DNA of 64,000 nucleotides from a bacterium (GTDB lineage Bacteria; RBG-13-61-14; DATKZS01): NCBI GenBank assembly GCA_963674965.2, contig CAXXFL010000004.1, positions 1 to 64,000 of the forward strand, read 5' to 3'. Shown piece by piece: positions 58,489 to 64,000 of this stretch (position 1 is its first letter; each line of letters starts with the position of its first letter). The notes under the pieces were generated by a model. It saw only the letters and a program-made list of their open reading frames with translations, ran no database searches and was not told where the DNA came from. The position numbers and the translations under genes were made by a program.

Positions 58489-59292
58489 ATGTCGGGATCA
58501 TACCTCGAGAAGCTGCTCGCGACCGACGCGATTCGGCGGCCCGCCATCACGGCGGCCATTGGCAGGCTTGGTCTTCCTTCCTCGAGCCGCGGGCTTGACG
58601 CCGGCAGCGGCGCGGGTCTCCAGTCCATGCTTCTGGCCCAAGCGGTCGGGCCGAGGGGACGCGTGACCGGACTGGACATATCCGCCGAGTTTCTGGCCTT
58701 TGCCCGCGAGAGGGTAAAGGAGGCCGGCCTCGAGCAAAGGGTATCCTTCCAGGAGGGAAGCGTGGCAGATATCCCCTTTGACGACGACTGCTTCGACTGG
58801 GCCTGGAGCGCCGACCTGGTGGGATACGCGCCCATGGACCCCATGCCACTTCTCGAGGAACTTGCGCGGGTGGTCAGGCCGGGAGGGACCCTGGCCATAC
58901 TCGCCTGGTCCTCGGAGAGGCTCCTGCCCGGGTATCCTCGCCTCGAGGCCAGGCTGGGAGCTACCGCCCCCGGCATGGCCCCCTTTTCGAGCGACATGGC
59001 GCCCTCCCGCCATTTTTCGAGGACCCTGAGCCGGTTCGCGGAGCTGGGACTTGCGGACGCTCGGGTCGAGACAATGGCCGGCGGGGTCCACGCGCCCCTT
59101 TCCGAGGAAGAGTATAAGGGCGTCGAGGCCCTTATCGAGATGAGATGGCCGGGCGCCGAAAAGGAACTTGAGCCGGACGACCTGGACTTGTTTAAAAGAC
59201 TTACCAAACCCGAGTCTCCGGAATTCATCCCGCTTCTTCCCGACTATTACGCCTTCTTCACTTATTCCATGTTCGTGGGGGTGGTTCTATAA
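58489..59292 (+). CDS. Class I SAM-dependent methyltransferase
   Basis: GLDAGSGAG; VTGLDIS; IPFDDDCFD; RVVRPGG. Confidence 0.88.
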   Translation: MSGSYLEKLLATDAIRRPAITAAIGRLGLPSSSRGLDAGSGAGLQSMLLAQAVGPRGRVTGLDISAEFLAFARERVKEAGLEQRVSFQEGSVADIPFDDDCFDWAWSADLVGYAPMDPMPLLEELARVVRPGGTLAILAWSSERLLPGYPRLEARLGATAPGMAPFSSDMAPSRHFSRTLSRFAELGLADARVETMAGGVHAPLSEEEYKGVEALIEMRWPGAEKELEPDDLDLFKRLTKPESPEFIPLLPDYYAFFTYSMFVGVVL

Positions 59293-59402
59293 GAAGACCT
59301 CTGGCCCTCGCAAAGCCCGCTTGGACGGCCACGTGACGAGAGACCGGATGGGCCGGTCCGGCTCCACTGGCGCCGCCTTCCCCAATGTGGCAAAATTACG
59401 CC

Positions 59403-60647
59403 ATGATTAAAGCCGAAAACGTGACCAAGACTTTCAAGTTCTACGCCCGTCCCCGTCACTGGCTGGCGGAAAAGATCACCGGGAAAGAGCGTTGTCTCGA
59501 GATTGCCGCTCTAAGGAACGTCAGCCTTTGCGCCGCCCCCGGCGAGTGCCTCGGGGTCATCGGCTCCAACGGGGCGGGCAAGTCCACCCTCCTTCGCGTG
59601 CTGGCCGGCATCAGCGCCCCCACCTCGGGCGCGGTGATGGCCGAGGGCAGGGTCTCGGCCCTTTTGGAGCTGGACTCGGGTTTTCATCCCGAATTCACGG
59701 GCCGCGAGAATTTGAGGATCGGCTCCTCGGTCCTGGGCCTTTCCCGCCAGGAGGCCCGGGCCAGGGAGGAGGAGATCATCGCCTTTTCCGGCTTGGCAGA
59801 TTATATCGATTTCCCGGTCCGGACCTACTCCTCGGGCATGTACCTGCGTCTCGGGTTCTCCCTGGCCACGGCCGTCGCTCCCGACGTCTTCCTGGTTGAC
59901 GAGGCCCTGGCCGTGGGCGACGAGTGGTTCAGGGGCAAGTGCGTGGACCGCGTCCGCCGCGTTCGCGACTCCGGGGCGGCCGTGGTTATCGTAAGCCACG
60001 ACCTGACCATGGTGCGCGCCCTTTGCGATAAGGTGGCCATATTGAGAAAAGGAGAGGTGGTGGAGGAGGGACGGCCAACGGACGCCGTCAACCGCTACCT
60101 GGAAATCCTCTACGAGGAGGCCGCCGCCGAGGCTGGACGCGAGGGCTCGGCCTCGGGAGGAAAGAGGCGGGGCACGGGAGAACTCGAGATAGGAGAGGTG
60201 AGGCTTCTCGGGAGGGACATGAAGCCCGCGGCGGTCATACCGACGGGCGAACCCTTTGCGGTCGAGTTCGATTACCGGGCGAGAAAGAGGATCGAGGGAC
60301 CCCTGTTCGGGGTCAACCTTTTCCGTTCCGACGGGGTCCTGGCGGTCTCGAACAACTGCGACACGGCCCGGACGGCCAACCTGAACCTCAGGCCAGAGGA
60401 ATACCCTGGCGAGTCTCCGCCCGAGCTTGCCAAGGGCGCCGGAGGCGTGGCGCGGTTCCGATGCCCGGCCAACCCCTTGCTGGAGGGAGCGTACGAGGTC
60501 TCGGTCAACGTGTTCCGTGGAAAAAGCGGCGCCCACGTTCCCGTCGAGGAGGTCATGGGCGCGGTAAGGTTCCAGGTGGTCTCGGGAAGGTTCACCGACC
60601 GCGGCCTCTTCGTCTGCCCCGGCAAGTGGGAGATAGAGAAAAAATAA
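59403..60647 (+). CDS. wzt: Polysaccharide ABC exporter ATP-binding protein with C-terminal carbohydrate-binding domain
   Basis: GSNGAGKST; GFHPEFTGREN; YSSGMYLRLGF; VDEALAVGD; Wzt_C-like tail. Confidence 0.88.
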   Translation: MIKAENVTKTFKFYARPRHWLAEKITGKERCLEIAALRNVSLCAAPGECLGVIGSNGAGKSTLLRVLAGISAPTSGAVMAEGRVSALLELDSGFHPEFTGRENLRIGSSVLGLSRQEARAREEEIIAFSGLADYIDFPVRTYSSGMYLRLGFSLATAVAPDVFLVDEALAVGDEWFRGKCVDRVRRVRDSGAAVVIVSHDLTMVRALCDKVAILRKGEVVEEGRPTDAVNRYLEILYEEAAAEAGREGSASGGKRRGTGELEIGEVRLLGRDMKPAAVIPTGEPFAVEFDYRARKRIEGPLFGVNLFRSDGVLAVSNNCDTARTANLNLRPEEYPGESPPELAKGAGGVARFRCPANPLLEGAYEVSVNVFRGKSGAHVPVEEVMGAVRFQVVSGRFTDRGLFVCPGKWEIEKK

Positions 60648-60820
60648 CCGGGATAGAGTCCCTTGTGAGGGAATCCCGCTGAGACCGGAAAAACTCCGAG
60701 CGGTTCATGTAGTATAATGATTCGAGACGTCCGCGTTCGGGTTAATAACGCTCCGCTCCGCCTTAAAGACGAGAATAACAACCGAATGGGGAAACACCGT
60801 ATTCAGCGAGGTATTGAAAG

Positions 60821-62008
60821 ATGAAAATAGAATCGATTCGCCTGAAGAATTTTAAAGCTTTCAAAGATACCGAGCTTGTGGATATCCCGAGATTCTGCGT
60901 TTTTATCGGGCCCAACGGCTCGGGTAAAAGCACCTTGTTCAGCCTCTTCGGTTTCCTGAAAGACGCGCTGGCCAGTAACGTCAACGCCGCGCTTATGAAA
61001 TTGGGAGGAAGTCGGGGTTTTCAAGAGGTCAGAAGCCGAGACTCGGACGGCCCGATCGAGATAGAATTGAAATTTCGAAGCAAATCAACCGGTCCCCTTA
61101 TTACTTATACCTTAACCATCAACGAGGAAGACGCAAGGCCCATAGTCGAGCGGGAGACCTTACGGTATAGAAGGGGGCAAAGAGGCGCTCCCTGGAAGTT
61201 TCTGGACTTTGAAAAAGGCAAGGGGACGGCGGTCACGAACGAGTTTAAATCGGTCAGCGATGAAAAGGACCTGACGAGGGAGAATCAAACGCTGAAATCT
61301 CCCGATATCTTGGCGGTGAAGGGTCTAGCGCAATTCGAAAAATTTCCCGCGGCCGTGGCTCTGGGGGATTTAATCGAGAACTGGCACGTTTCCGATTTTC
61401 ACATAAGCAGCGCCCGTCCCGAGCGTGAAGCCGGTTACGCGGAGCATCTCTCTCGGGAGGGCGAGGATCTTTCCCTGGTGGTTCAGTATCTTCATCAGAG
61501 CCATCCCAAGATTTTCAAGAAAATCATCGATCAATTAAAACTGCGGGTACCCGGAATTACTAAGGTTGAGTCGAAAACTACCGAGGAGGGCAAGGTGCTT
61601 CTCAAGTTCCAGGACGGCTCGTTCGAGGACCCCTTCCTGGCCCGTTACGTTTCCGACGGGACAATAAAAATGCTGGCTTACCTTACGCTTCTGTACGATC
61701 CTTCTCCCCATCCCTTGCTGTGCGTCGAGGAACCGGAGAACCAGCTTTATCCCGACCTTCTTTGGGAGTTGGCCGAGGAATTTCGCGACTACGCCAACCG
61801 CGGCGGCCAGGTTTTCGTGTCCACCCACTCTCCCGATTTCTTGAACGCGGCGCGTCTGGACGAAGTGTTTTTACTTTCCAAAGAGAACGGCTATACCCGG
61901 GTAAAAAGGCTGAGGGACGACGAGCAGATCGCCCGTTTCGTCGAGGACGGCGATCAATTGGGTTATCTTTGGAAGGACGGCTCGCTTGGGAGAATAAGCG
62001 GACGATGA
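60821..62008 (+). CDS. ABC/AAA_21-type ATPase (second copy)
   Basis: LKNFKAF; GPNGSGKS; VSDGT; LCVEEPENQL; STHSP. Confidence 0.9.
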   Translation: MKIESIRLKNFKAFKDTELVDIPRFCVFIGPNGSGKSTLFSLFGFLKDALASNVNAALMKLGGSRGFQEVRSRDSDGPIEIELKFRSKSTGPLITYTLTINEEDARPIVERETLRYRRGQRGAPWKFLDFEKGKGTAVTNEFKSVSDEKDLTRENQTLKSPDILAVKGLAQFEKFPAAVALGDLIENWHVSDFHISSARPEREAGYAEHLSREGEDLSLVVQYLHQSHPKIFKKIIDQLKLRVPGITKVESKTTEEGKVLLKFQDGSFEDPFLARYVSDGTIKMLAYLTLLYDPSPHPLLCVEEPENQLYPDLLWELAEEFRDYANRGGQVFVSTHSPDFLNAARLDEVFLLSKENGYTRVKRLRDDEQIARFVEDGDQLGYLWKDGSLGRISGR

Positions 62009-62565
62009 AGACGCTAGTTTTTCTGTTGGAGGAGCCATCCGCCAGGGAAATGCTGCAAGGCGTTCTTCCCCGCCTTGTCCCCGATGAGGTCGAGATTAAA
62101 TACGTTGTATTCGAGGGCAAGAGCGACCTTGAAAAAAGGATGAAATACAAAATCAGGGGATGGTTAAAGCCAGATACGTCGTTTATCGTGATGCGGGATC
62201 AAGATTTCGGCGATTGTCGCCTGATTAAAAGCAAACTCAAAAAGAAGTGCAAAGAGGCTGGCAGGGCCGATACCCTGGTCCGCGTAGCGTGCCGGGAACT
62301 TGAGAGCTTTTATCTTGGCGACCTGGCCGCCGTTGAAAGGGGATTGGAAATTAAGGGGCTGGCGGCAACGCGGAATAAAAGCAAGTACTGCTATCCCGAC
62401 GAGATCGGCAAGCCGTCTGAGGAACTGGCCAGGATTACTAAAAACAAATATCAGAAAGTTCTCGGCTCCCGCTCGATAGCTCCGTTTTTGGCCCTCGATG
62501 AATCGAACCGCTCCCATAGTTTTCAGGTGCTCCTTCAAGGGATTAAAGCTCTTCTCGATAGATAA
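62005..62565 (+). CDS. DUF4276-like (TOPRIM-like) protein (second copy)
   Basis: ATGA overlap with the ATPase; LLEEPS; MRDQD; ELESFYLGD; NRSHSF. Confidence 0.75.
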   Translation: MKTLVFLLEEPSAREMLQGVLPRLVPDEVEIKYVVFEGKSDLEKRMKYKIRGWLKPDTSFIVMRDQDFGDCRLIKSKLKKKCKEAGRADTLVRVACRELESFYLGDLAAVERGLEIKGLAATRNKSKYCYPDEIGKPSEELARITKNKYQKVLGSRSIAPFLALDESNRSHSFQVLLQGIKALLDR

Positions 62566-62666
62566 AATCCTCTTCGACCTTTATCCAGCTAAAACGTCAA
62601 AGGTTAATGGCAGCCTATTCGCGGCCCCGTTTTTAATACGACGCCTAAGCTGATAAAATCCGCCCC

Positions 62667-64000
62667 ATGAGCAAGTCCCGGGAATACGCCGCGGCTTTCG
62701 CCCTGGTCGCTTTTTTTGTCGCGGCCGCCGTCTCGAGCGCCGTCCGGCAAAGCGCGACGGTGGACGAGTTCGCCCATTTGCCCGCGGCGCTTTACGCGCT
62801 GAAGACGGGGGACTTCTCCCTTTACAACAAGACCCCTCCCCTGGGAAGGGCCCTTGTCTCGCTCCCGGCCCTGGCCGCGTCGCCCCGAGTGAAAGACAAC
62901 CTGCAAGGCTATAATCCTGGAAGCTGGCGGCCCTGGCGATACGGCCATGACTTCCTTATGACGAACCGCGACGGGTACGGATCGATCCTTTTCGCGGGCA
63001 GGATGGGCGCGATAATGGCCGGCGTCTTGGTCTGTCTTCTCACCTGGCTCGCCTCGAGGAGGCTCTTCGGGCAAGGGGGCGGGTTAGTGAGCCTTGCCGC
63101 CTGCGCCATGTCGCCCACTCTGATCGCTCACTCGAGCCTGGTCACGGCCGACGCTCCGGCGGCTTTGTTCAGCCTGCTTTTCATCATGGCCCTGGCCCAC
63201 TACCTCAGTCGTCCCGGCCTCGCGAGGGCCGCCCTGGTGGGTATCGCCTTGTCGGCCGCCATACTGTCGAAGTTTACCTGCCTTTTCTGGGTTCCTTTCG
63301 CGGCGGCCGCTCCGATAGTTGCCTTCTTCAGAAGCGCGGATACGGAAGAATTCGCGAAAAGAAGGCCGGCAATATTGGCACAGGTCCCCGTTATTTGTCT
63401 CGTGCCCTGGCTGGCCGCTTGGATCGTGTATTCGGCGGAAGGCCACGTCGAGGCGTGGAAAGGCCCGGTCGGTTCCACTCTTCTGAAGCCGGCCGAGTCC
63501 GCGCTTAATTTGGGACTTCTGCCTCGCGAGTTCGTCTCCGGCCTTGACGCCCAGCTATACGACGCCCAGACGGGAGAATGGAGGGAGGGCAATTATCTTC
63601 TGGGCCGTTGGTACTCGGGCCATAAGTGGTACTACTTTCCCCTCGCCGTCCTGGTTAAGGAACCGGTCCCGATCCTCCTTGTTTTCGCCTCGGCGCTCTG
63701 GTTTCTGTCGTGGGGAGGCGGCGGACTCGAGACCATGCTATATCCGGCGGCGGCCGTTTGCTGGTTTGTTTTCGCCTGCTTTTTCGGCGGTCTTCAAATA
63801 GGGATCAGGTACATTCTGCCCGTATATCCTCTCGCTTTCGTGGCCATGGGCATTGTCGGCAAAGCCGCCTTCGAGGTGGGAGCGAGACAGAAGAAGTCTT
63901 TTCCCCTCGCCTGGAAAAAAGGCGCGCTCCTGGCGCTTGGCCTTTGGCTTCTCGCGGGTGACGCTTTGGTCTGGCCGAACTATCTTTCCTATTTCAACAT
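62667..64000 (+). CDS. ArnT/PMT-like (GT39-type) membrane glycosyltransferase, 3' end outside window
   Basis: Not in the ORF track; my translation from ATG 62667 gives MSKSREYAAAF...SATVDEFAHL...NKTPPLG with many hydrophobic segments, and no stop seen. Confidence 0.75.
   Translation, partial: MSKSREYAAAFALVAFFVAAAVSSAVRQSATVDEFAHLPAALYALKTGDFSLYNKTPPLGRALVSLPALAASPRVKDNLQGYNPGSWRPWRYGHDFLMTNRDGYGSILFAGRMGAIMAGVLVCLLTWLASRRLFGQGGGLVSLAACAMSPTLIAHSSLVTADAPAALFSLLFIMALAHYLSRPGLARAALVGIALSAAILSKFTCLFWVPFAAAAPIVAFFRSADTEEFAKRRPAILAQVPVICLVPWLAAWIVYSAEGHVEAWKGPVGSTLLKPAESALNLGLLPREFVSGLDAQLYDAQTGEWREGNYLLGRWYSGHKWYYFPLAVLVKEPVPILLVFASALWFLSWGGGGLETMLYPAAAVCWFVFACFFGGLQIGIRYILPVYPLAFVAMGIVGKAAFEVGARQKKSFPLAWKKGALLALGLWLLAGDALVWPNYLSYFN

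Overview
Bacterial chromosomal segment, GC-rich with several visibly AT-richer patches. Gene content (MglA-like GTPase, PilB/GspE ATPase, HDOD protein, multi-PAS hybrid kinases, corrinoid protein, DsbA-like proteins) suggests a deltaproteobacteria-like lineage; this is inference only. It carries about 50 CDS, covering a DsbA-family operon, lipid/CoA catabolic enzymes, signalling genes, rluD-pgeF, ppnN, wzt and a GT39-like glycosyltransferase. I recognised no rRNA, tRNA, CRISPR array, integrase or reverse transcriptase. Notable points: (1) two divergent copies of an ABC/AAA_21-type ATPase + TOPRIM-like DUF4276 gene pair, a candidate defence module; (2) a ~186-bp non-coding MITE with terminal inverted repeats, 4-bp target duplications and an internal REP-like inverted pair, present twice, with one copy interrupted by a complete IS481; (3) an IS630 that inserted into a stop codon and regenerated it; (4) a GH1 homologue lacking both catalytic glutamates; (5) a prepilin-leader/TPR fusion; (6) an MglA-like GTPase coupled to a stand-alone PocR domain; (7) a 1179-aa secreted fibre-like repeat protein; (8) a disrupted class II terpene-cyclase-like gene; (9) a candidate small RNA. 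All family calls are motif recognition by eye, not database results.
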